Source: Candidatus Moraniibacteriota bacterium
Lineage (GTDB): Bacteria; Patescibacteriota; Minisyncoccia; Moranbacterales; DUUL01
DNA length: 64,000 nucleotides
Assembly: GCA_041583775.1 (NCBI GenBank)
Contig: JBFHFF010000002.1
Span: 64,274 to 128,273 of the forward strand
Direction of reading: 5' to 3'
The translations under genes and the position numbers were made by a program. The notes under the pieces were generated by a model, which saw only the letters and a list, made by a program, of their open reading frames with translations, made no database searches and was not told the origin of the DNA. Positions 50,349 through 62,250 of the stretch are shown here, piece by piece; the stretch's first letter is position 1, and each line of letters starts with the position of its first letter.

Positions 50349-50894
50349 TTAGATCTTTTTAATCTGCAGAAAATCCAATTCTACAGGTGTTTCTCTTCCA
50401 AAAATACTAACCAGAACCTTAATCTTACCTTTGTCATTATCAACCTCGGAAACTTTCGCATCAAAATTTTTGAATGGTCCATCCACAACCTTAACTGATT
50501 CTCCAATCTCTACATCAAGTTTATATTTAGGTTCATCAGTTCCCATTCTTTTTTTAATTCCACCAATTTCATCTGGATCAACTGGTGTTGGAGTTGTTCC
50601 GATTCCGATAAAACCTGTTACATTCGGCGTGTTTCTAACCACATACCAAGAATCATCCGTCACAATCATATTCACAAGTACATAACCAGGAAATACTCTC
50701 TCTTCAACAACATATCTCTTTCCATTTCTAATTTTAATCTTCTTTTCAGTTGGAACAATAACATCGAAGATTCTATCTTGCATATTCATTGACTCAATTC
50801 TCTGTTTCAGATTTCGCTTCACATTCTCTTCATATCCACTGTATGTATGAAGAACATACCAAGCTCTTCCGTGATGTTGTGTTTGTTTAGCCAT
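50349..50894 (-). CDS. nusG: Transcription termination/antitermination factor NusG
   Basis: [21 protein letters not shown] domain; C-terminal KOW ([15 protein letters not shown]). Confidence 0.85.
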   Translation of the reverse strand: MAKQTQHHGRAWYVLHTYSGYEENVKRNLKQRIESMNMQDRIFDVIVPTEKKIKIRNGKRYVVEERVFPGYVLVNMIVTDDSWYVVRNTPNVTGFIGIGTTPTPVDPDEIGGIKKRMGTDEPKYKLDVEIGESVKVVDGPFKNFDAKVSEVDNDKGKIKVLVSIFGRETPVELDFLQIKKI

Positions 50895-50930
50895 ATAAAT
50901 GTCTTTGTTCTTTATAAATAAATAACTTTT

Positions 50931-51113
50931 CTAAAAAATAAACTTTTCTACAATTGTTGAAAAAATTTTATCCAAAAATCCTAAAAATAAAGCCACCACA
51001 ATACTTGAAGAAATAACAATGGCAGAATAATTAATTGTTTGTTTTTTGCTAGGCCAATTAACTTTTCGTAGTTCTACATATGATTCCTTAATAAATGCGA
51101 CTGCTTTGTTCAT
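50931..51113 (-). CDS. secE: Preprotein translocase subunit SecE
   Basis: 60 aa, ELRKVNWPSKKQ followed by a single TM. Sits in the conserved secE-nusG-rplK-rplA context. Confidence 0.75.
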   Translation of the reverse strand: MNKAVAFIKESYVELRKVNWPSKKQTINYSAIVISSSIVVALFLGFLDKIFSTIVEKFIF

Positions 51114-51363
51114 TTTTTAAATAAAATTGTTCTTAAATAATTCTCGCCAGAAAATAAAATTTCTTTTTGACTTTTATTTACGAGCAATTCTGTTATTACT
51201 CCTGTCTTAAAAATTTTTAGTTTAAAAAACAGCCTCTCGGCGTTTCTTATTTTTTACTAAACTAATTATACACGAACTGGTGATAATGTCAATGATGACG
51301 CTCTTTATTTCAAGGTTTTGTATTTTTTCAAAAAAATTCACAAAACTCGTCTCAACATCTTGT

Positions 51364-52203
51364 TCACCTCACAGAATCCCATTCATCATCACTTCCGTAA
51401 ACCTTAGAGAGATTTTCGTCATCAAAGGGATTTGTTTCAATTTCAATTTCAACATTACTTCTATCCACTTCACCCTCAAATCTTACAGGAAAAAGCATAT
51501 TAAAATCCCTTCGGTTGCCAGCGCTAAAACCACCCAAAAGATCAGAGTTCGTAGCCAAAAGGACCCCGTCCTCATCCCTTAAAAAAGTTTTGACAAAAAC
51601 CTCCTCAAAATCAACATTTCCTCTATTTATAACAGTTCCCCAGACTCGAGAAAAATTAGCGACACCTCCTGTAAGTTCCTCGTAATGTTTTTCATTAATA
51701 ATAAAATCCGGTCCTTCAAAATCAGTATACTTCTCCCATTCAATCTCTTTAATATCTAACTCCATTCGAACTTTTACGGGTGGTGCAGAAAGTTCCATTC
51801 CCTGAACTAGTAGAGTTTTCTTTTCACCAGGCAAAGCAAAGCTTTTTATCCAATCAGACATAATTGCTTTTTCTCCGTTTTGTATCTCAACAACAACCCT
51901 GTATTTAAACTTGGAAGCACCATATTTATTGTTTGGGTTTTTTAAATAACCCACAAAATCATATTTGTTATCATAACTATAAACCCACTCGTAATTATCT
52001 ATTTTAATTGGTTCTAGTATTATTTTTTCGGTACATGGTTTGCATGGACCGCCACAATCAACATCTATTTCCCCTTGATTTCTTTTGTTGTCATCACAAG
52101 TTGCTGTTGTCTTGAATAATAAAAACAGTGTGCTAAAAAAAACAGCAAAAATGCCTATGTAGGCAAATGTAAGACGCATTCTTTTTCGAGACCTTTTTTG
52201 CAT
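51364..52203 (-). CDS. Membrane-anchored exported protein, hypothetical
   Basis: N-terminal TM; Cys pairs near the N-terminus. Confidence 0.4.
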   Translation of the reverse strand: MQKRSRKRMRLTFAYIGIFAVFFSTLFLLFKTTATCDDNKRNQGEIDVDCGGPCKPCTEKIILEPIKIDNYEWVYSYDNKYDFVGYLKNPNNKYGASKFKYRVVVEIQNGEKAIMSDWIKSFALPGEKKTLLVQGMELSAPPVKVRMELDIKEIEWEKYTDFEGPDFIINEKHYEELTGGVANFSRVWGTVINRGNVDFEEVFVKTFLRDEDGVLLATNSDLLGGFSAGNRRDFNMLFPVRFEGEVDRSNVEIEIETNPFDDENLSKVYGSDDEWDSVR

Positions 52204-52357
52204 TGCTTTTGTTTTCTATAGAAAAATGTATTTTTATTTTCAAATTCTCAAATGATACATTAACTATACCATCTACCCTCTATTTTGTCGATATGTTTTT
52301 ATTTATTTAGTTTTATCACAAAGTTTTATCTAACAAATTAAAGTATTCCTTGTATTA

Positions 52358-52402
52358 TAAAAAATAAAAAGGGGCTGTGACTAAAATTCTAGTCACAGCC
52401 CT
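52358..52402 (-). terminator. Rho-independent terminator for 52408-52761
   Basis: GGGCTGTGACTA-aaatt-TAGTCACAGCCC 12-bp stem followed by a T-run on the minus strand. Confidence 0.7.
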
Positions 52403-52407
52403 CTCGA

Positions 52408-52761
52408 CTATACGGCCTGGAGAAATTTGTATTTCTCCTCAAGCCAAAGAAATATTTTCCTCAGCTCATATCTATGCCTAGAAGGGCATAGATATACTTG
52501 CTGATATAATTTTCCGCTTGGCTCTTTCCAAGACGGAATTAACTCATACCTGACAGGAAAAATGATTTTCAATTTTTCCAGTCTTATTACTACATTTCTG
52601 ACAGTTTCGTATTCAACACTTGTCTCTTCAGAGATAGCGCTGATTGTGACTTCTTTTTTTTTCTGAGTAAGACATCTCAGATACAGAAAAGCCACCACCA
52701 GCCATGTGTTTTCTGTCCGGTAAACAACACCTTCTCCTCCTTTTTTTCTTCTTCCACTCAC
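52408..52761 (-). CDS. Hypothetical protein (possible winged-helix DNA-binding)
   Basis: 117 aa. Confidence 0.35.
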   Translation of the reverse strand: MSGRRKKGGEGVVYRTENTWLVVAFLYLRCLTQKKKEVTISAISEETSVEYETVRNVVIRLEKLKIIFPVRYELIPSWKEPSGKLYQQVYLCPSRHRYELRKIFLWLEEKYKFLQAV

Positions 52762-52982
52762 ATTGTCTCTCCCTTGAAGTACATCTTTTTTATTAAAAGA
52801 ACTACCAACAACAAAATACTATAATATAATCAAACGATTATGTCAATATAAAACTGTTTATAATTTTAATTCATAAGGGCATTTCCACTACTTCAATTCC
52901 CAATTCTCTATCTTCTTTATTTTTACAAAAAAGCAAGAGACTGCTATACTAAATTTGATTTAGTCGTCAAAAAAATAAAAAA

Positions 52983-53354
52983 ATGGGCAATTTTTTAAAA
53001 AGTCTTTCTTCTGGAGCCATTATAATTCTTTTGGTTTTTTTGTGTTTTTCTTTTGCAATACCAAAAACAGAAACTTATAAAACAAATATCACTGAAGAAA
53101 AAAACTATATCGCTGATTTTTGCAATGAAAATGAAGGCAGACATGAAGTTTCAACGAATGAGGACGGCTCATTTTCTGGTTCTTGTTTTTTTGATGACGG
53201 AAGTAGTTGTGACGATCTAGAGTTTTTTACCAAAAAATGCAAAAAGGGTGATACAAGCGAAAACAATTCAAAAAAAGAAACTTCTGTTGCAAAAGAAATA
53301 AATGAAAAAACTTGTATTATGGGAGAACCTGAGTGTGTTGTTTCAGGCGAATAG
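52983..53354 (+). CDS. Secreted Cys-rich small protein, hypothetical
   Basis: Signal peptide; 8 Cys. Confidence 0.4.
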   Translation: MGNFLKSLSSGAIIILLVFLCFSFAIPKTETYKTNITEEKNYIADFCNENEGRHEVSTNEDGSFSGSCFFDDGSSCDDLEFFTKKCKKGDTSENNSKKETSVAKEINEKTCIMGEPECVVSGE

Positions 53355-53620
53355 TCAAACTTTTCGAAGATAAAATTAAAAACTGTGCTACTAATAATAA
53401 GTACCACAGCCTTGTTTTTCGAAAAACCCCTTTCTCAATTTGAAGAAATTTTTGTAATAACTGTTTCCACAGTGATGGTGTCACTTTCCTTAGGGTTAAG
53501 TTGTCCAATCAAAAGCGTTAGGGTTAAACAAATAACAGCAAACAGTAAAGAATAAATGACTTTCTTCATCTTTAATCTCCCTGGATTTTTAAAAAGAACT
53601 TGTTTTTATTTAAAAACTGG

Positions 53621-54124
53621 TTAGTACTTCTTTAAGAAAGCAAAATGTTGTGGCATGCTTATTGTATATTCTTCTGGATTTGTTTTTAGCCTATTTTCAA
53701 AGTCTTTTTTATTTATCCACATTATTTTATCAACTTCATCCCCCTGAAGAACAAGTTTATCAATTTCTAAATCTTCTTCTAAAAAATACCACTGACAGAA
53801 AAAATTGTATTTTCCCTTAACTCTGATTTTATCTATTTCTTTAAAATTATACTTTTCAAGGTCAATTCCAATTTCTTCCTCAGTCTCTTTTATTATATTC
53901 TCCCAATAACCCTCTTTTCTCTCTACTGTGCCAGACACAGCTGGTCCCCATTTTCCAGGATCATTTTTCTTGTTTATACTTCTTTTAGCAATTAAGATCT
54001 GATTTTTAGAATTACTAATCCATAAGGCAGAAACTCTATAAATATCACCCAATTCAATCGATTCTCTATTTTTAGTTCCAATTATATTGTCATTTTCATC
54101 AACAATAATAATTTTCTCTTTCAT
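53621..54124 (-). CDS. NUDIX hydrolase (IDI-1/ADP-ribose-pyrophosphatase-like)
   Basis: Nudix box GTVERKEGYWENIIKETEEEIGI. Confidence 0.6.
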   Translation of the reverse strand: MKEKIIIVDENDNIIGTKNRESIELGDIYRVSALWISNSKNQILIAKRSINKKNDPGKWGPAVSGTVERKEGYWENIIKETEEEIGIDLEKYNFKEIDKIRVKGKYNFFCQWYFLEEDLEIDKLVLQGDEVDKIMWINKKDFENRLKTNPEEYTISMPQHFAFLKKY

Positions 54125-54425
54125 ATTTTTCTATTTTTAGCTTATATTCCCAAATTAAATATTTATTTTTCTCAAAATATATCTTTTTCTATAACATAAA
54201 TCTCCCTTTAAGGGAAACATTCCTATTATAACAAAAGCTTATTTCGTTGTCGATTGAAAAATATGCGCAAATCTCACCAATAGAGCCTATTACAAAAGAA
54301 AGCTACTGCAAATCAAGTAATCTAATGTACAAAAAACTGGCATTTTAATATTACAGTTCTTGACAAAAAGTAGATTAAGGTGTATAATTAAAAAAGTTCA
54401 TTACAAATCCCAGCCTTAATAAAAA

Positions 54426-54929
54426 ATGTGCTTTAAGCACGAATTCAAAAAGGAGATTTCTATGAGAAGTTTAATCTGTCTGTTTATTGTTGGGAATTTT
54501 TTGTTTTTTACACCTACATACTCGTATTCAGCTGTTTTCTATTCCTATGATTACAGAGCATTAAAGAAGGTGATTTCTTCTGATCATCTAGAAATAACGG
54601 GTGGGTCTCTGTTTTTCTCGTGGAACAGTTCTACAGAGACTTTCTATAGGATTTCAATCCCAATAGATCTGTGCGAATTTCGCGCGGGTCGAGAGAAAAC
54701 AGCTGATAATGCGGTGGACAAACTTTCTTTCGTGGTTTTCACAAGCTATATAGAAATAGCCTTTGAAAAACCAGAAGAGAAACAAGAATTTGAAAAAAGT
54801 CTCAACCAGGACTTTAGTTCAATTGAGTACACCCCCCAATCTCTTTTCAACACAAACTTAAAGGTGGGGGCTATTAAAAAAATTATTGTCTATTTGACCC
54901 CTGTTGACAGAAAAAATCTCAGGATTTAA
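54426..54929 (+). CDS. Secreted hypothetical protein
   Basis: Signal peptide. Confidence 0.4.
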   Translation: MCFKHEFKKEISMRSLICLFIVGNFLFFTPTYSYSAVFYSYDYRALKKVISSDHLEITGGSLFFSWNSSTETFYRISIPIDLCEFRAGREKTADNAVDKLSFVVFTSYIEIAFEKPEEKQEFEKSLNQDFSSIEYTPQSLFNTNLKVGAIKKIIVYLTPVDRKNLRI

Positions 54930-55011
54930 AAGGACAAACTCTACTAACAGGACCTATCGCAAATTAGCGTTTAGGTCCTGTTTTCTTTTTAATTCTTTTA
55001 GAAAAAAGACA

Positions 55012-55059
55012 CAAAAAAACCGTGTTAACCCTAATAGATTAACACGGTTTTACTTTTTG
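55012..55059 (+). terminator. Rho-independent terminator
   Basis: AAACCGTGTTAA-cccctaataga-TTAACACGGTTT followed by a T-run. Confidence 0.7.
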
Positions 55060-55204
55060 ATGTTTAGTTTTTTTCATTTTTCAACGAAAAAAACATCGAA
55101 ATATTTTTTAAATCTTCCTTTCCTGACATCTATTTGGACTCCATTATCATCCACTACCACTTTTATAACTATACTACTTAGTGGTTTGTTGATATTTATT
55201 ACAC

Positions 55205-55447
55205 TCAAAAAAATTCTTTTTGAAGAGTGTTTTTTTCTTGGAAGTCCTTTGCAAAAGAAGCCACCATACTTAAAACATCTTCCCTTGTATTAAGTGTTTT
55301 TTCTTCTTCTGAAATCTTCTCGCAGAATTTTTGAATAAATTTTTCCTCCAGTTTACTGACTGATTTTACTACGAGACGGTCTCCGTTACGAAGGGTAATG
55401 CAACAACCCTTCGGGTTATATAAGTGTGCTATTTTAAATGATAGCAC
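55205..55447 (-). CDS. Hypothetical small protein downstream of the 5S rRNA
   Basis: 80-aa ORF. Weak. Confidence 0.25.
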   Translation of the reverse strand: MLSFKIAHLYNPKGCCITLRNGDRLVVKSVSKLEEKFIQKFCEKISEEEKTLNTREDVLSMVASFAKDFQEKNTLQKEFF

Positions 55448-55490
55448 AAATTGATGTTTTTGTCAATGTCTGTAATTCCTCCAGCCTTCC

Positions 55491-55526
55491 TACAAACGCA
55501 AAAAAACCAACACTTTCGCGTTGGTA
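55491..55526 (-). terminator. Rho-independent terminator after the 5S rRNA
   Basis: ACCAAC-gcgaaagt-GTTGGT stem followed by T7 on the minus strand. Confidence 0.55.
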
Positions 55527-55560
55527 ACTTTTCTGAAAAATAGTTTCTATTTGATTACAT

Positions 55561-55672
55561 TGTTCTCGGCACCGTCTTACTCTTGCCTTGCGGCTACCAT
55601 CAGCGCTAGAGTGCTTAACTTCTGTGTTCGAGATGGGAACAGGTGTACCCACTCCGCCAAAAGCACCGAGAA
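55561..55672 (-). rRNA. rrf: 5S ribosomal RNA
   Basis: The reverse complement contains GTTCCCATCTCGAACACAGAAGTTAAGCACTCTAGCGCTGATGGTAG, the 5S core. Confidence 0.85.
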
Positions 55673-55834
55673 CAATGTAATCAAACCACAGATATAATAC
55701 TTTATACAAGCACTTTTGTCAATTCTATCAAACAGAAAATTTATTTCTCTTATTTGCTAGTCACATCAACCTAACAAAGAAACTAATACAAGATCAATCT
55801 CAATCGTTAGGTCAAAAAAGTAGAGTTGTAATAC

Positions 55835-58952
<3,118 letters not shown>

Positions 58953-59336
58953 TGACTAACAAATAACAAAAATAAATTCTTGTAAATCTTTATTATTTTC
59001 TAATTTTCTTGTTGTTCGATAAAATTGCTATATTTATACAATATGTATTGTATATACTTACTTGTTTTTAGTATTCGCAAATGCTGTCGAAAGACATTTG
59101 CATACTACCTGTGTATATAATAAAGTTTTTTCTCTCTCTTTATTATATCTTTTTTACTATTGTTTATTCAATTGTCAAGGTATCTAATCTTTTAAATTCA
59201 TTCTTCATCCCGTTTATTAATAAAGGGATTTCACGAATAAAAGATTCACCAATAGAGGGAGCATCTATAATATGAGTATCGCCAACGCAATGACCCATGC
59301 TGCCCTTCCCCTATTGGTAAATCCTTTTTAACTTTA

Positions 59337-59371
59337 ATGTGCTTTATTAAACAAAACAAAAACCGCCTCTT
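59337..59371 (-). terminator. Candidate minus-strand terminator hairpin
   Basis: AACCGC-ctcttgt-GCGGTT followed by a T-rich run on the minus strand. Confidence 0.3.
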
Positions 59372-59748
59372 GTGCGGTTTAAAAAAGAAACTAAAAAGTT
59401 TGTCTTCAACCGCTTTTTAAATTTTGCTTATCAACGAAATTGATACGCGTCATTTATTATAGAGTTTTATGTTTTATTTAACACTTTTGAAAGCCACTTA
59501 ATCTCTTTCATGCGACTTCAGAATCAAATATAGCACCTTAAAAAATATTGTCAAGCATTGGACTCACCCGTTTCTATTGACATAAGCCTCAACAAGTCAT
59601 AATTCTTTCCTAAACCTTATGTATAAGCCAAAAAATACAACTATCATTCCCTAAAAAATCTCAAAGAAATGTTTTTTTATCCCTATAAATAAGTGCTTTT
59701 TCTTTGCCAATAAAAATACCTTCTTTTTGTTTTATTTTTTTTCATAAA

Positions 59749-62241
59749 TTAATACGAGTCAGTAAAAACACCATCCACTCCCAACTTACGAAATTTCAAA
59801 ATTTCTTTTCTATTATTAAGCGTATGAACAAAAGTCGTTACACCAATTTCTTGCAAACGAAAATTGAGTTCTTTATTAAATCTAGTTTTGCTCATAACTA
59901 CAATAGGAATGTTTTTTTTGTTTTTCTCCACGAAATCAAAAACATTATTATCTGAATCATTGTTTTTATATAAAGTATAGGCCATTTTTTCAAATCCCAA
60001 CTCTTGCTTTGTCATTTCAAAACTTGCCTTATCATATATTTGAGGAATGATTCTATTTAACAATTCTGGTGATATTATTCTTATTTCCTCAAATAGTTTT
60101 TTTGTTGTTTTTCCATAATCTTCATTTTTAATATCTGTTATTAAAATAATTTCTGGATTTTCCTTCATTTTTTGCATCAACTCTTCAAGAGACAGGGGTG
60201 TGAAACCTCCTGTTGCTTTGCTATTTAAAAATTGTTCTTTTGTTTTAGTGACTACTTCTTCGTGCGATAAAACAATTTCTTGATCCGAAGATAGCGTTAT
60301 ATCTACTTCAAAAATTTTACGCTTTCGCTCCAAACTTTTTTCTAAAGCTTCTTTAGAATTTGTGTAATAAAACCCGTTAATACCGCCTAGTGCATGCATC
60401 ACTATGTTGTTTTTGACTAAAGGAAAAAATTTCTCCGTCGTATTAATAGCTTTATTTTTTTCAATAATTTGCTCCAAAGGAAATTTTTCATCAGCATCTT
60501 TTTTTAAATCAAAAATTTTCCAGCTCTTTTCTTTACTATTATAAATATACTTATTGAAATTATCGTCAATAATGGCTACAAATTTTTCAGAAAATGGTTG
60601 CACTAAAAGAATTTGTTGATTTTCGTTGTCTTTTCTCTCTCCTAAAAAAGATTTTTGAAATTCATTTTCTGTGTATTCTAAGTTAAATAAATGAAAAAAG
60701 CTTGGCAAAACATCCATATGGCTATGAACCTCTTCTATGATTTCATTTTTATTTTTTTCTCCGTCACCAAATACCATTACAAGTTCTGTTTTAAAATTTT
60801 CCTCAAAAGCTCCGCTACCACAGAAACTATTACCAGGGTGTTCTCCAGAAGGCCAACTATGATCGCCTGTAATAATAACCGTATAATTTTTTTCTGGAAA
60901 GATTTTATTAATTTCATCCCAGGCAACTTTCAACTGTTTATCTTGCAAAAACATTGTATTTTCAAGTTTTTCTTTTTGGTTTTCGGGATTTTTATGTGGG
61001 ACTTCTTCAACAAACTCTTGTGGTGTTATAAATGGCCAATGGTTTGTCGGCCCAACTTCTAAAAACAAAAAATTATTCTTTTTTTGAAAATTTTCTCCAA
61101 TATAAGAAAAGGCTCTTTTATAAAAAATATCTTCTCGGTAACCCCAATTATATTGAGGGTCACCTTCTTGCATAATATCATCCGCATGCACCTCTGCAAA
61201 ACCAATATTGTGCATAAACTCACCCGTGTTTGTAAAATTCAAGTTATATGTTTTAAAAAATGCTGTTTGATAACCGAGTTGATTAAAAACTTCAGGAAGA
61301 CACAAAATCTCTTTGTCTTTTTTTGTTGCATTGAGATTACTATAAAAAGAAGACGGCAAAGAACAAAGTAAGTTTTCTTGTCCTAATATTGTTTGGACTC
61401 CATTGGCATAATAATTTGAAAAACGCATTCCATTTTTTGAAATTTGATATAAATTCGGAGTAATCTCTTTGGAACTTAATTTCCCATTAATACTTTCTAA
61501 TTGCAAAAAAATAATATTGTCGAGATACTTCGGTCTTTCTTCTGCTTCTTTTCCATCTTTCTTTTGTAGTATTTTCTGAGATAAATTTTTCTTGTTAACA
61601 ATTGATTTTTCTACTAAATCATCATAATAAAGCTGATATACTTCTACTGTCTCATCCTTTCCAAAAGCACTCTTAATAAAAAATAATGTCTCATTTAGAT
61701 ATTTATCTCCTTTAAAAACTGGTATTAATAAAAAAATAATCAAAAAGACAACCGCTATAGCATATCTTTTCACTCCCTTTATTTTTATTTTTACAAAAAA
61801 ATATCCACAAAAAAATGCAAAAAACAAGATCACGCTCAAAGTGTCCAAAAGCGGCATGTTGATATCTGGTAAATTTCCTCCATTAAAAGAAAAGAATGCA
61901 AAATCCAATCTCTTTTTTACAATTAAAAAGTATATCGACAAAACAAATTGAAAAAAGAAAACTAAACTTCCTATTAAAATAGCCAGGATTGGGCTTATTT
62001 TTTTAGCTAATGAAATTAAAATCAATACAAAAAAACATAGTTGCAAAATTTTAACAATTTCCGCTAATGAACTGTTAGAGCCATAAGACTCCTTTGATAA
62101 AAAAAATATAATAAAAAATGCTATTATAAAAAAAATTAATGCGGAAAAAACAAAAATGCCTTGTTTCAAAAGGGACCATTTTTCTGACTTTAAAATTTCT
62201 TTTTTTATTAGACTCACATTTACCAAGTCTTTATAATTCAA
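59749..62241 (-). CDS. Membrane-anchored LtaS-like sulfatase domain fused to a C-terminal glycerophosphodiester phosphodiesterase (GDPD) domain
   Basis: About 5 TM helices. Sulfatase motifs IIFLQLESINGK, VIITGDHSWPSGEH. C-terminal GDPD-like NIVMHALGGINGFYY ... FEVDITLSSDQEIVLSHEE ... GVDGVFTD. Confidence 0.55.
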   Translation of the reverse strand: MNYKDLVNVSLIKKEILKSEKWSLLKQGIFVFSALIFFIIAFFIIFFLSKESYGSNSSLAEIVKILQLCFFVLILISLAKKISPILAILIGSLVFFFQFVLSIYFLIVKKRLDFAFFSFNGGNLPDINMPLLDTLSVILFFAFFCGYFFVKIKIKGVKRYAIAVVFLIIFLLIPVFKGDKYLNETLFFIKSAFGKDETVEVYQLYYDDLVEKSIVNKKNLSQKILQKKDGKEAEERPKYLDNIIFLQLESINGKLSSKEITPNLYQISKNGMRFSNYYANGVQTILGQENLLCSLPSSFYSNLNATKKDKEILCLPEVFNQLGYQTAFFKTYNLNFTNTGEFMHNIGFAEVHADDIMQEGDPQYNWGYREDIFYKRAFSYIGENFQKKNNFLFLEVGPTNHWPFITPQEFVEEVPHKNPENQKEKLENTMFLQDKQLKVAWDEINKIFPEKNYTVIITGDHSWPSGEHPGNSFCGSGAFEENFKTELVMVFGDGEKNKNEIIEEVHSHMDVLPSFFHLFNLEYTENEFQKSFLGERKDNENQQILLVQPFSEKFVAIIDDNFNKYIYNSKEKSWKIFDLKKDADEKFPLEQIIEKNKAINTTEKFFPLVKNNIVMHALGGINGFYYTNSKEALEKSLERKRKIFEVDITLSSDQEIVLSHEEVVTKTKEQFLNSKATGGFTPLSLEELMQKMKENPEIILITDIKNEDYGKTTKKLFEEIRIISPELLNRIIPQIYDKASFEMTKQELGFEKMAYTLYKNNDSDNNVFDFVEKNKKNIPIVVMSKTRFNKELNFRLQEIGVTTFVHTLNNRKEILKFRKLGVDGVFTDSY

Positions 62242-62250
62242 ATATTTTAG

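Noticed and set aside
54904-55293. 129-aa plus-strand ORF after the secreted-protein gene
   Set aside because: It overlaps a strong terminator hairpin and an AT-rich spacer, and the translation is low-complexity.
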